Source: Paecilomyces variotii (Eukaryota). From it: a DNA stretch of 64,000 nt. Position 1 is the stretch's first letter; each line of letters begins with the position of its first letter. The translations under genes were made by a program, and so were the position numbers. Location: assembly GCA_004022145.1 (NCBI GenBank), contig RCNU01000008.1; one strand, written 5' to 3'. The notes below the pieces were generated by a model, which saw only the letters and a program-made list of their open reading frames with translations, ran no database searches and had not been told where the DNA came from. Shown piece after piece: positions 11,929 to 23,749 of the stretch.

Positions 11929-14311
11929 ATGCAACAGTCTAATTGGCCTGAGTCTCAACCTCAGTCTCACACTGAGAAGGAGAAATGGATAAAGAAAGAA
12001 GTTGGCGGTACTATCCTTGATCCTGGTCCTGCTTCTGGTTCTGGTTCTGGTGATCAACAAGCGCTTCCGCCACAGGTTGAAGTGAGTTTCTCCCACCCTC
12101 CTGTTTTCTTTCCTTCATTAGATGAGCAGTTTCCAACTTGTCTCTGCATTCCAATCTATGTTCATTATCGACAGGCTGACATGCTTCAAATTTGATAGAG
12201 TCTTGCTAGAGCCCTCGTTGTGCCGTATCGTCAGAACCAAAACCAGAACCAGGGAGCTGCTGATTTGGCTGATCATTCGAGAACGTACGTTCCATTAGCT
12301 TTTGCTATGGCGTCGAACCCGAATGCGAATCAGAACCAGCATCAGTATGCGTGTGCCGGTCATGGTCAGAGTTGGATTCAGGATATGGCTATAGGACCTG
12401 GAAGTGCTTTGGGGTATTCTTCTGGTCCGTTTGCGAGTGTGACGAACTCAGGAGCTATGTACCCCCTTAGCTCTGCCAGTCCCCCGGGCTGGGGTACTGG
12501 GTCCATCGGGATGAATAGTTGCTATAATAATAGCTTTGGGGCGTCATATGCTCCTACTGCTAATATGTGGTCGCGTCCCATGGGACGTACATTCACGCTA
12601 CCTCCTACGCCAGAGCCCCAGGGCTATGCAGGCTCTGCCGGATTCTCTGCAAGTGGACAGGGTGCGGTTGGTTCTATCCAGAGGCACTCAAGCTTGGGTG
12701 CGTCTCCGCCTGCCCCTTCTGCTAGCCATGCATATCCTTCTGGGACTTCCGTCTCTGGTAGATATGTGGCGCAGAACCAGGAGTCTCCGATCAAGGATGA
12801 GAATGAAGATGTCAAAATACCTTTGGAGGTTCAGGTTCAGCGTCTTCATCTCTCTCCGGGCGTTGCAAGGGCTGAATCCTCAATGAACGTCAGCGCTCCT
12901 GGGAGAGCTCAATCGGATCCTGTGGCAAGCCCCAGAGCTTCTGGAGCCTGCCCGAGTTTGGGGTCACTTGACATGAACACCTTGCCTTCCAATCTGATTA
13001 TGTTCTACTTTGGTGTTCTTACCACTCAGGCGTCGCTGGCGCCGCGCTTTGACTTTACCAGGGAGGACAGTGGGAAATGGGGTGTCAAATTGACGCTCTA
13101 TGGCCACACCCTGGTAAAGGAAGAGTGCGGCACCCAAGCTGCAGCTAAACTTGCCGTATGTCGAGACGCTATGGAGACGCTGAGGATGCAGTATCCAAGC
13201 TGGGCTGTTCCTGATGAGCCTCATGAGACTGAAACTGAGTCTCTTTGGGGGTGGACTCGACTTCTGAATAGTAAGATTTGATTCGTCTGTTGGAGATCCA
13301 GCATGAGCACTAATTGGACGGCTTTGACAGAGTACTGCGAACATAACAAGATGTCTCCCCCAAAGTACACCAAGTATGTGCATGTCAAGGGGTTCCGATA
13401 TGAAGTTGAAGTTGACGGTGCTTCATATTTCGGTCTCCCAAAGTCTCATCGTACAGAAAGGGAGGCTACGAAAGCTGCTGCCCATATGGGATTCTATTCG
13501 ACCCTCGTTCGCTGCCTTCAGGAGGACGCTGCCCTCCTATGTCATGAACCATTGCAAGAGACAAATTCGGGACTGGGGACTGCTAGCTCTCTAGTTGCTG
13601 CTCACAGGGCTGCTGCCAAGAGCAAACGTCATAAGACTTTGAAGATTATCATGCCCAAGGGAAAAGCAGCGGCTCCGAAGGTTGGCAAGAAAAAGAAGTC
13701 GAAACTCAACTCCAACCTACTTCCTGTATTGAATCGCAGAATCCACGACATCCCTACAGCTTCGAACTGCGCTAAGAATAGCAGATGGAGCTTGACGCCT
13801 TCTGAGATTAGTGATCAAATCCGCGGTTTGAAAACTTATAGGGAGAAGCTTGAGAGTATGATTGCGCCCCGTCTACTTATATCAGAATGAGAGTGATAAC
13901 TAACCAAGGATTTCCCGCTCCTTCGGGGATGGCTATACAGGAAGCTGCAACCTTCTCAATCTTGAATACCCGGAGGTAGAAATCACCCAAACAGACGGCC
14001 GTCTCATCGAGAACTCCGAAGGCGAGTACCGCGCTGCCGCATTTTTCCCAAACGACCCGTTCCTAGCTCGCGTCGGTCCTATTGGCGCCATCAAACAGGT
14101 CGTGAAAGACAAGACTGATGCGCTGGAAGCCTGCTCCAAGAAAGTTGTCGAGTATCTGATCCACATGGTGGAAGAAGATACTGCCTTGGATAGAGAACGC
14201 GCCTTGGAGAAGGAGAGGGTCGAGCGGTGGAAGGAGAATGCTATTTCCCAATATGTCCATCAGGGCCTGGTGGATGTTGAGGAGGGAGAGGTTCTGATGC
14301 AGGATGTTTGA
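11929..14311 (+). CDS. Hypothetical protein with a low-complexity N-terminus and three dsRBD-like repeats
   Basis: Introns 12082-12198, 13271-13330 and 13856-13940 join ORFs 11929, 12220, 13303 and 14102 in frame. Repeats follow the dsRBD pattern, e.g. YCEHNKMSPPKY..FRYEVEVDG..TEREATKAAAH. Confidence 0.7.
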
Positions 14312-15671
14312 AAAGGATATCAGGCTCTTCCCACTCGTCGACATTGATTGTTTTACCTCTACCTACTTGCCTGTCCTTCGACTAGATTGGATACATGAGT
14401 TACATTAGTAGTACGTGAATCTAATTACTAGTCACTCGAGTTTGTCAGTCAAGACTTGAAGATCGGTCATCGTTTGCATACTGCGATAATAGTCCTCTAA
14501 ACGGGGGGTTCCCTGACGGTTTGACTCTCCTATAATTTTGATGGTATGGTTTCATCTCAGATAGTCGGCCACGATAACTTTCAGTGAATTGCGTCGGCTA
14601 TTATCACTCTCTGTGAGCGCTGATCAGCCAGCCATGTGGTCAAAAAGCTTGACTTCAGAGCTTATTCTCAGGTACTTACCCAACTTAATCACATTGAAGC
14701 TTAGACCGTACGAAGAGACGTCCTCTGGTTCCTGAGATGTTCGAATTGAACGAGAAACATGTATAATGGATTTTTCGTTGTTTAGAAGAATAGAACTTGG
14801 AGATATTGGGGAACTGTTGGACGACAGCCCCGAGAGAAGCATGGTGTACCGATTGACAGGCATATATTAGGTATCTATTGTTTACTCTGGGATATTCGTT
14901 AATAAGTATACTGATATAATGTAACCTACAGTAGCTTTACCTCACATCATCTGTATCGCAAGCATTACAACATTCCGATCCAGACTGGTGTGGGGCAGGA
15001 TCGAAGATGGTCTCCCAAGATAATAATAATGATAATGAATACCCACTCGCAGAAACATCATCATTCCTTCCATGCAAGATAGCAGCTATCTTAGTTAGCT
15101 CCGATCGGTAATTAATCACCATTGAATCCTGGCCTTGCAGAAGACGTTATCGTCGAATCTATGAACTGTCGCTAGTCAGTTTCCCTTCTGCTTGCGTGAA
15201 GATCCACCGTGATGGGGTGGAAATTCGCTCACATTCCAGTGCGCGGTTACGGCCTGCGATTTGCCAGCCCTCCAAGACATGACGATCTAGACACGATGGG
15301 TACAAGTCGATAAGGTAGTCTCGTACAATCTCCATCTGCGACTCCCGCTTGCAGCGAGCTAATTACTAGATGCGGTTACTGTCGTCCCATGGCAGCATGG
15401 AATTACCCATGGACGGGGTTGATGAAAGCCATTAATTACCATGATACCGGTCCGACCATGCGAACTTGATTCCTAAGATCGCTTTCTTTCTTTCCTTCGC
15501 ATTCGAAAACCCACTCAATTACTGCGCTGAAAAGATTTCCTTTCCTTTCTTCCATCCAATCCTTGAGATCTTTGGCGGGGTTCTGCTAATTCCTTGTTCA
15601 TCAATATTTCTCGATACCTATCTAGAGAAGTTGAATGCATATATTTCCATATTCCATACTTATTATATAGG

Positions 15672-16898
15672 ATGACATCCTCAGGCCCTCGAATTGCCAT
15701 TATCGGCGCTGGTCCAGCAGGACTCATGCTCGCGCGTCTCCTCACTCAAAATTCGATATCTGTGACGATATACGAGCGCGAGCAATCAGCCAATTGCCGC
15801 AGTCAAGGAGGGACTCTCGATCTACACGAAGGCAGCGGGCAGTATGCAATGCAGGAAGCCGGGCTATTTGATGAATTTCTGAAATACGCTCGATATGAGG
15901 GTGATGATCTCGTCATGGCGGACAAGACTGCCGTTCCGCTGCTCGATTTCCGTGGTGAGAATCGTCAGGGCGAGACACGACCTGAAATCGACCGGCGGGA
16001 TCTTCGACGGATTCTCTTGGATTCGGTTCCTGCAGACTGTATCAAGTGGGATCATGCATTGCATGCTGCAAATCCGGATGGAACCCTGGAGTTCCAAACG
16101 GGGAAAATCGAAGGGCCCTTTGATCTCATCATCGGCGCTGATGGAGGGCGCAGCAGCATCCGTCCTCTCCTCACGGACGTCAAACCTTTCTATTCCGGTG
16201 TCGCGGGTTTCGAACTCAAGATCGCTGACGTCGAGGCCCGATACCCTGCCATTGCTGCGTTTGTCGGTCGAGGCAGTTATTACTGCTGGTCGGATGGCAA
16301 GGCCATCCAGGCGCAGCGACTAGGCGACAAGAGCTTACGGGTGTATGTCTGGTCAACCAAGCCAGAGACCTGGGCGATCGATCTACACGTCAAGACCCCA
16401 TCGACTGCAGTCCTGAAGGACATCCTACTGCAAGAATTCAGCGATTGGTCCCCTGTCCTTCAGGGCTGGATCAAAGCCGCTGACGATGACCGTCGTCCGT
16501 GGACGCTATACATGCTTCCAACGGATTTTCAATGGGATCACCGTCCCCGGTTCACTCTCATCGGTGATGCCGCGCATCTGATGACTCCTTTCTCCGGGGA
16601 AGGTGTCAACGCGGCGTTTCTCGATGCGGTCGAGTTGGCGCGTATGATCGTCACAAAGAACGGTACCCGGTCCCCTGCGGACCTAGACGCAGCTGTCGTT
16701 GCGTATGAGAGCGCACTTTTCCCTCGCGCCCACAGGACCATGGAGGGTACTGCTGATAATAAGAGATTGTTCTTCCGCGCAGATGCACCACTGGGGTTTG
16801 TGGTGAAGATTCAGAAACTGATGCAAGGATGGGGTACGGGGAAGGCCGAGACTGACAAGGCTGAAGCCAATGGAAGTAATGGAGTGGCGTGCAGCTGA
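15672..16898 (+). CDS. FAD-dependent monooxygenase, TetX-like group A flavoprotein, intronless (408 aa)
   Basis: IAIIGAGPAGL (Rossmann motif), SQGGTLDLH, RPEIDR, IIGADG (DG motif), TLIGDAAHLMTPFSGEGVN (GD motif). Confidence 0.9.
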   Translation: MTSSGPRIAIIGAGPAGLMLARLLTQNSISVTIYEREQSANCRSQGGTLDLHEGSGQYAMQEAGLFDEFLKYARYEGDDLVMADKTAVPLLDFRGENRQGETRPEIDRRDLRRILLDSVPADCIKWDHALHAANPDGTLEFQTGKIEGPFDLIIGADGGRSSIRPLLTDVKPFYSGVAGFELKIADVEARYPAIAAFVGRGSYYCWSDGKAIQAQRLGDKSLRVYVWSTKPETWAIDLHVKTPSTAVLKDILLQEFSDWSPVLQGWIKAADDDRRPWTLYMLPTDFQWDHRPRFTLIGDAAHLMTPFSGEGVNAAFLDAVELARMIVTKNGTRSPADLDAAVVAYESALFPRAHRTMEGTADNKRLFFRADAPLGFVVKIQKLMQGWGTGKAETDKAEANGSNGVACS

Positions 16899-17268
16899 AT
16901 GTCTGCTTTTCTTTTTCTTTTTTTCTTCCTCATTTTTTTTTTTTTTTTTCTCGCGGAGTTGAATGCGGATTATCATCGATAGGCGATGGGTGTTTGTTGG
17001 GTTACTTGTAGACACTTTGTTAGGTAGTACTAGTCCAATTGAATCTATTTTTTATCATATTAATAAGAGCAAACGAACAGATAATCTAAGAGGATGTCCA
17101 TTGATTAATATCTGAATGTGTAGCGTTCTCGTGTCATCCTAAAATCATCGTGTTTCGTCATACAGTCTCTCATTAACCTGCTTTTAGAATAAAATGGAAA
17201 TGAAACAAGATGTCATCTAGCAGGGCTGAAGTGGGAAACGACCAGCTGAGTAAAGGTGTCGCGTTCAT

Positions 17269-20086
17269 CTAGTCGAACTTGGGCATCTTGTACATGTCAT
17301 CCGGGTCTGTCAAAAGAGGGATATTAGTGATCTGTATAATGTAACTTGAACTTAGAGCGTGGCTAGCTTTTACTTACCCTTCCTGTTCTCAATAATGAAT
17401 TTCTTCGTCACTCGAATATCATGGTCCAATTCAGCTAGCAATTCTTGCTGACGCAGTCTGACCTTCTCGTTCTTGAATGACGCTCCCGTGACTGCGAACT
17501 TAGCAACATGGAACCGCGATACCTCGTTCACAAGCATCATATCGAACGGCGTCGTGGTCGTCCCTTCTTCCATGTATGCAGCGATATGGACGCGCTCGAG
17601 ATGTGGGCGGCCGAATAGCAGACCTTGCAGTTCGGTGGCATAGCCGTGGAAGTTGAAATGAACGGGAAGGTCTGGGGTGAAAAGCGCATCGAACGTGCTG
17701 TCCGAGAGAGCGTGAGGATGAGCGCGTTCATTCTCGAGAATCATGATGTCCGTCACGTTGATGACGCGCACGCGGAGTTCCGGTATACGACGTCTCAGGA
17801 GAGCGGCGGCTTGAATGACTTCGAAAGTAAGCTCAGTGCCAATGCCCACGAGGACGACATCCGGGTTGAGGCCTTCATCTGTGCTGCAGAATTTCCAGAC
17901 GGAGGCGCCCGCCCGGCAATGGTTGTCTGCTTCGTCCGGACTTAGAAATACAGGCGTAGGTTGTTTGGATCCGACCATGAGGTTGATGTAGTTCTTGGAC
18001 TTCAGGCAGTGATGAACGGTGGAGAGGAACGTATTGGCATCGGGAGGCAGGTAGACTCGAGCTGCACTAGGCTTCAGCTTCAAGACTGTGCCGATGAAAG
18101 ACGGGTTCTGATGAGAGAATCCATTGTGCTCCTGTCGGGTCCACGTGCTGGTTTCGATATAGTTGATGCTGGCGATGTCGTGATGCCATGTTGTCTCTCT
18201 CGCCTGTAATCGGTACCGTCAGAAGGAGCCATACCTTTGAGATGTATGAGTGGAACTTACCATCTTATTAAACTTACTATATTGCACCATCATCGTAGTA
18301 ATAATACCAAGAAAACTCTCATACGAAGGGAAGAGTCCAACACGCCCAGTGAGAGTGTACCCTTGCAGGAAACCTTGGCACAAATGTTCACTAAGAACCT
18401 CAATCACACGACCACCTCGAGCTCGCGCGAATTGGTCCCATTGCATGTTTCTGGAGGTACGATTCAGGCAAGCATCCAGTTTGTTGCTTTCCAATTCGTC
18501 CGGAGAGAACAATCTCACACCATGCGGGTTTCTCATAAAGACTTCGTCGAGGAATTTCCCGGTCACGTTCATAGAACTCTCTTGGCTGCCTTTCTGGACA
18601 CCAAAGTCTTTCCAGTCTGGTAGATCCGCTGGTTTATAGTCCCTATAGGCCTCTTTGCGCTGGCCCAGCTTTTTCTCGTTGTCGGTCGGGATGATTGACA
18701 ACACTTCGTCAATCGGCTCTCCCTTTTCAGTGAAAAGCTCCCGCGCACCGTAGGAAGAAAGCCAGCTCTGCAGGGCCTGCAATTCTTCCTTATCTTTCTT
18801 TGCTTTGGGCAGAGGTACCTGGTGCGCATTGAAGGAACCCTCCACGATCTTTCCGTGTATGGACTTGGGTCCAGACCATCCCTGGAGATAGCTTAGCAAA
18901 TTGTATGCTCGAAGTTTATCAAGGTGAACAAACCTTTGGCGTGCGCAGGATCAACAAGGGCCATCTTGGTTTCGTAATCGGCTGTCCTGATCGGGCTGCT
19001 TTCTGGATCTTACGGATCTCGTTGAGAGCCCAGACCATGGAAGATTGTAGATCGGCGTCGATGTTGTCTAGATCTTCCACAATACGGACCTGATATCCAT
19101 AACCGGTAAACAAGCTGACTAGCTCCTTATTGTCCATGCAGCCAAATATAGTCCGCTCGCTGATCTTGAATCCATTAAGATGTAGAATGGGGAGCACGGC
19201 TCCCGATTCAGCAGGGTCGATATACTTGTATGCATGCCAGCTCCTATGATTTGTTGATTAGCTGTATGGGTCTATGACTTCCAGTAGCAGTAGCAGACTT
19301 ACGTAGCTGTCGGACCAGTTTCGGCCTCGCCGTCACCGACTACGCAAGTGACGATGAGGTTAGGATTATCCATTACCGCACCGAAGGAAACGGCCAACGC
19401 GTAACCAAGTTCGCCTCCTTCATGGATAGCACCTGGCGTTTCAGCATTGATATGGCTGCATACTCAATCAGAGATTGTGCTCTACAATTCAAACGATATT
19501 CTCACCTTGGAAGTCCAGCTGTGGTACTAAAAGTCGAAACCAAGTTCTTGAGGCCTCGAGTATCCCGCGAATACTGAGGAAAGAATTTCTCTAGTGAGCC
19601 CTCGAGCCAGAGACAGGCCAAGAGTCCGGGTGCGCCATGTCCAGGTCCAACCACATATAGCATATCAAGATCATGCTGCTTAATCAAGTAATTCAGATGC
19701 GCATGGACCAGGACCAGACCTGGGCAGGTTCCCCAGTGGCCTTACGGGCGTCAGCAGGCATCCAATTGCCAATGACAGCTTCACGACCTGCTTACCAAGT
19801 AGCCGTGGCTTAATATCATCAAATGTAAGGTCTCTCTCCAGCAATACATTATCTTGCAGGAAGATCATCGCTGTTGAGTAGTCAGTCACTGTTTTGGTCC
19901 TCACTCGTGGCACGTGCACTTACCAGCAGCGAGGTAGCATGCTGCTCTCCTGAATTTGTGAATCGCATCTGCAGCAGATCCCTCCAGCGAGGCCTTCTCC
20001 AATCTCACTAATAGGTCGTTGACATGGTCCGGGATGTCAGACGGCAACGGTGGAGGGTTTGGCTTGTCGAGGATCTCCCCCGGCAT
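17269..20086 (-). CDS. xpkA: Xylulose-5-phosphate/fructose-6-phosphate phosphoketolase
   Basis: Motifs [76 protein letters not shown]. Multi-exon; ends [11 protein letters not shown]. Confidence 0.96.
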
Positions 20087-20481
20087 GGTGCTTGTAAAAC
20101 TGGTGGGGAACTATATAAAGTGCGGCGATGTCAAACCCAGAACGTCCAAAGATCTGTCGGGAGAACGACAGCAAAAAAACTCATCCGACAGATCAAAGAA
20201 GATAGAGAATCACTCACTGTTTTGAAATATTCTACGTCGAGGGACGATAGGATCGGAAACGCAGCCGACCTGCGACGTCACCATGAAACCTCTGACATCA
20301 CAGCGCGAAACCCCCGGGAGTGACAAGATCCGGGGAAAACAACATGGAATTTCTACACAGGGATATTGCCTGCTGCTTCAAAAGGGGCATCCCGACATCA
20401 TTATTCTACAAAAAAACAAAGGGTTAATTCTATAATATCAGCGGACCTGAAAATTTTGACTTGAGAGTACATTATCCCAAA
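20087..20481. promoter_or_regulatory. Bidirectional promoter shared by phosphoketolase and acetate kinase
   Basis: 395 nt between divergent ATGs. TATA-like elements near both ends (20112-20119, 20431-20436). Four GAC(A/G)TC motifs. Confidence 0.7.
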
Positions 20482-22079
20482 ATGCCCAAGTTACTCCTTT
20501 CAGTGAACGCGGGGTCTTCCTCCGTGAAGATCACCTTCTATACAATGACAAAGCCCCCAAAGACCATCGCGAATGTGCAAGTATCGGGAATCACAGCACC
20601 GCCGCCAAAACTCAAATATCAACGCGGAGACGTCGAGAGCAAGGAAGAGCTCAAGGAGAAACTGTCTACCCCGCAAGACGCATTCAAGTTCCTGCTTGAC
20701 TACTGTTTCAAGAACGAGCACTTGTCAGAAGTCGCGAGCTCAGATGACCTCGCCTACATAGTCCATAGAATCGTGCATGGAGGGGATTTCGGAGATGCGA
20801 TCGAGATCAACGACGAGACTTTCGGTCAGTTAAAGCGGATCGAGGATCTGGCGCCTTTGTACGTCGTAATTGAAACTCGATGATAACCCTGCATTTCCAA
20901 CGTACGGAAAGAAAAGACTCAATTAGTGACTAATACCTTCCAATCACTCTCTACAGGCACAATTTCCCGGCCCTCGAGATCGTGCGACTATGCATGAAAG
21001 AGCTTCCCAACGTCAAGAGTATCACGTATTTCGATTCCGCCTTTCACAAGACCCTTCCGGAGCACGTCAAGACATACCCGATCGACCAGGACGTCGCGCG
21101 ATCGAACGGTCTGCGGAAATACGGATTCCATGGCATCAGTTATTCCTTCATCACTCGGTCGATTGCTGAATTTCTGGGTAAACCACCCGAGAAGACCAAC
21201 ATTATCGCTATGCATATCGGGAGCGGGGCTTCCGTCTGTGCTATCAAGGAGGGGGGATCGATTGACACATCGTAAACACTATCTGAACTCTACGTGCAGG
21301 GGAGTTTTTCTATACTGACTGTTCAATCTTCAGGATGGGGCTTACCCCACTGGCAGGGCTACCAGGCGCGACACGAAGTGGTGATGTTGATCCATGGTGA
21401 GCGTCTCTGTTATATTCATCAGCCAGACACAGACACCGATACTGACCCAGTACAGTCTGGTCTTCCACTACACCAATGAAGCAGGGAATCTCAGTCCAGC
21501 AAGCACGAGAGAAATGCATATCAGCACTGTAAGTCTCTAGAGCAGTCAAGAGACGCACACCACAACAATACCTAACATATCGTTCTCCCAGGCCGAAGAA
21601 ATCCTTAACAAAAAGTCTGGCTGGAAGGTCCTGACCGGCACAACAGACTTCTCCAAAATCGCCGTCGAGAATCCGCCTTCCAAACAGCACAAACTGGCCT
21701 TGGACATCGTCGTCGACCGCATCTGCGGCTTCGTTGGTAACTATTTCGTTAAACTCGAGGGCCGGGTGGATGCGCTGGTCTTCGCTGGTGGAATTGGCGA
21801 GAAGAGCTCTCTTCTGAGGAAGCGAGTTGTAGAGCAATGCAAGTGTCTGGGATTCGCTATCGACGAAGCTCAGAACGATAAAGGGCCAGAAACTGAAGAG
21901 CAGACTGTGACAGACATCTCGAAGGATAAGGCAAAGACACCTAGAGTGTTGATTTGCCAGACGGATGAACAGGTGAGTGATCATCATATGGCGTTTCCTT
22001 CTCTCCTTCCAGAGGAATTCATGGCTCACCAATATCATAGTATGAAATGGCCTTCCACTGCATAAACTGGAAGGTCTAA
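20482..22079 (+). CDS. ackA: Acetate kinase
   Basis: Motifs LSVNAGSSSVK, HRIVHGG, LAPLHN, FDSAFH, RKYGFHGISY, HIGSGAS, MGLTPLAGL..TRSGDVDP, LVFAGGIGE, TDEQ. Five introns. Confidence 0.96.
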
Positions 22080-23749
22080 AATATCAAGAATCAAGGATTC
22101 TCAGCGAGTAGAAACCGAAAGAAAGAAAACGCGAAAGACATATATCACCCTCCCGAAAGATATGAGCACTTCATCTTGTGCTCATCGTGTTCTCTTCCGG
22201 AACCAAAGACATCAGGGCATGAATGAAGATCTTGGCACGAGAGCATTCAGAATTTCTTTGTACATAAGTCAAGCCAGCACGGAAAATATTATCTATCTAA
22301 TCAGAATCTCAGTCAGCTAAGGAGTGCCAAACTCCTAGTGGCAAAGAGCACAAAGAAGAAAAGAGTTGGATAACCCCTACAACGCCTTATCCATTAACTT
22401 GAAAACCAATAAGCCGCAGTAGTACTAAATATAGATATTCCATATATCTCATGGTCGTACAACTACAATTGGACAAATGGACAAGCCATTTAACTATCGC
22501 CTTGCATGTCCATAGCCTAATAGATCAGGGCCCGAACCGCCACTGACTCTTGACGGGACGGGTATGACCAGATCAGATCGTGCAGCCATACAGCCATAGT
22601 GCGCCAAAAGGGAATCTATCCTCGGGGAAGCCGGCGAAAGGATCCCCTTCTACTCCATAGTCTGCGTCGAATTGAGTATCCAAGGTTCGGGGACCTCAAA
22701 GCGGGGACATTTCCGAAGCCGCGGGATCTCCACCGCATATGCTAGATTGAGTGTGGCTTGAAGCAGAGATAAGGAGTGGTTAAGAGAAACAAATCCAGAC
22801 CCAGGGTTGGAGAGTTTGTTCGTGCCAATGTCGTTTTCGATAGATCTAGGAGATGCGTCTGTTGTGATTATTGGTAGTGAAATCAATCCATCGCCACTCT
22901 CAAGGGTGATCAGCGCGGGGAACCTTATTTTGGGGATGAGTGACCCAATCGGGTCTGGAATATTGACTGTCTCTTCCAGTCAGGGACTCTCATTCTGCGC
23001 CACAGAGATCGCATTCATCTTGTCATTTGGAATGATTGGAGACAAACAGGGAAGAAGGGGAAAAGGATGGTCGAATGATATAATCACGATTGACAGAACT
23101 CCATGATTAGGTGATGACACTGGAATTAAATTGGTCTTTTCATTCCATGATCACCATGGCCGAGCTATTCCGCAAAATGCTTGGGCGAACGCAGGGAGAA
23201 TAACAATTCCCAGGGATATGGTTCATTGACAATAATGTATGGAGGAGATGAGATATTCATACTGTAGATCCATTCTCCCATGCTAACTTCAATGTTCTTT
23301 CTATTCTTATGTTGAGTCTCGAATTGCTGTCACGCAGCAAGATGCCTGGTTTGTCATCAGTCTTGTTCGCTTGGAAGCGAGCAGAATCGCACTGAGAAAG
23401 TCGAATGAGCTACGCGGCATTGCACACGTCGAACAATTGTCCTGAGAAAGGAGCAGAAAAAAAAAGAACGAAAGAGAGAGAGAGAGAGAGGGAAAGAAAG
23501 CGACTGGAATACCGTCTCGATGTGTCGCAGCCACAAGGACGGTGTGCTACAAAGGGGGGTTGGTTGGATAATGAGACTGGAGTGTCCAAGACGAGTGGTT
23601 GGCCCCCTGGCAGCGCCTTGCTTGTTACTAGTTAGTAGTAGTTACTAGAAACCTTGGGGCCGCTTAGCAAGGCGCTAGAAGAGACTGCGGCTTCTAACTT
23701 CTTGATGTGACGGACGACTTAAAGCACCAGCTAGTCCGACCCAGCGCCG

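Noticed and set aside
16905-16950. Homopolymer tract after the intronless monooxygenase, suggesting a retrocopy
   Set aside because: It is poly-T on the sense strand, not poly-A, and no target-site duplication was seen.
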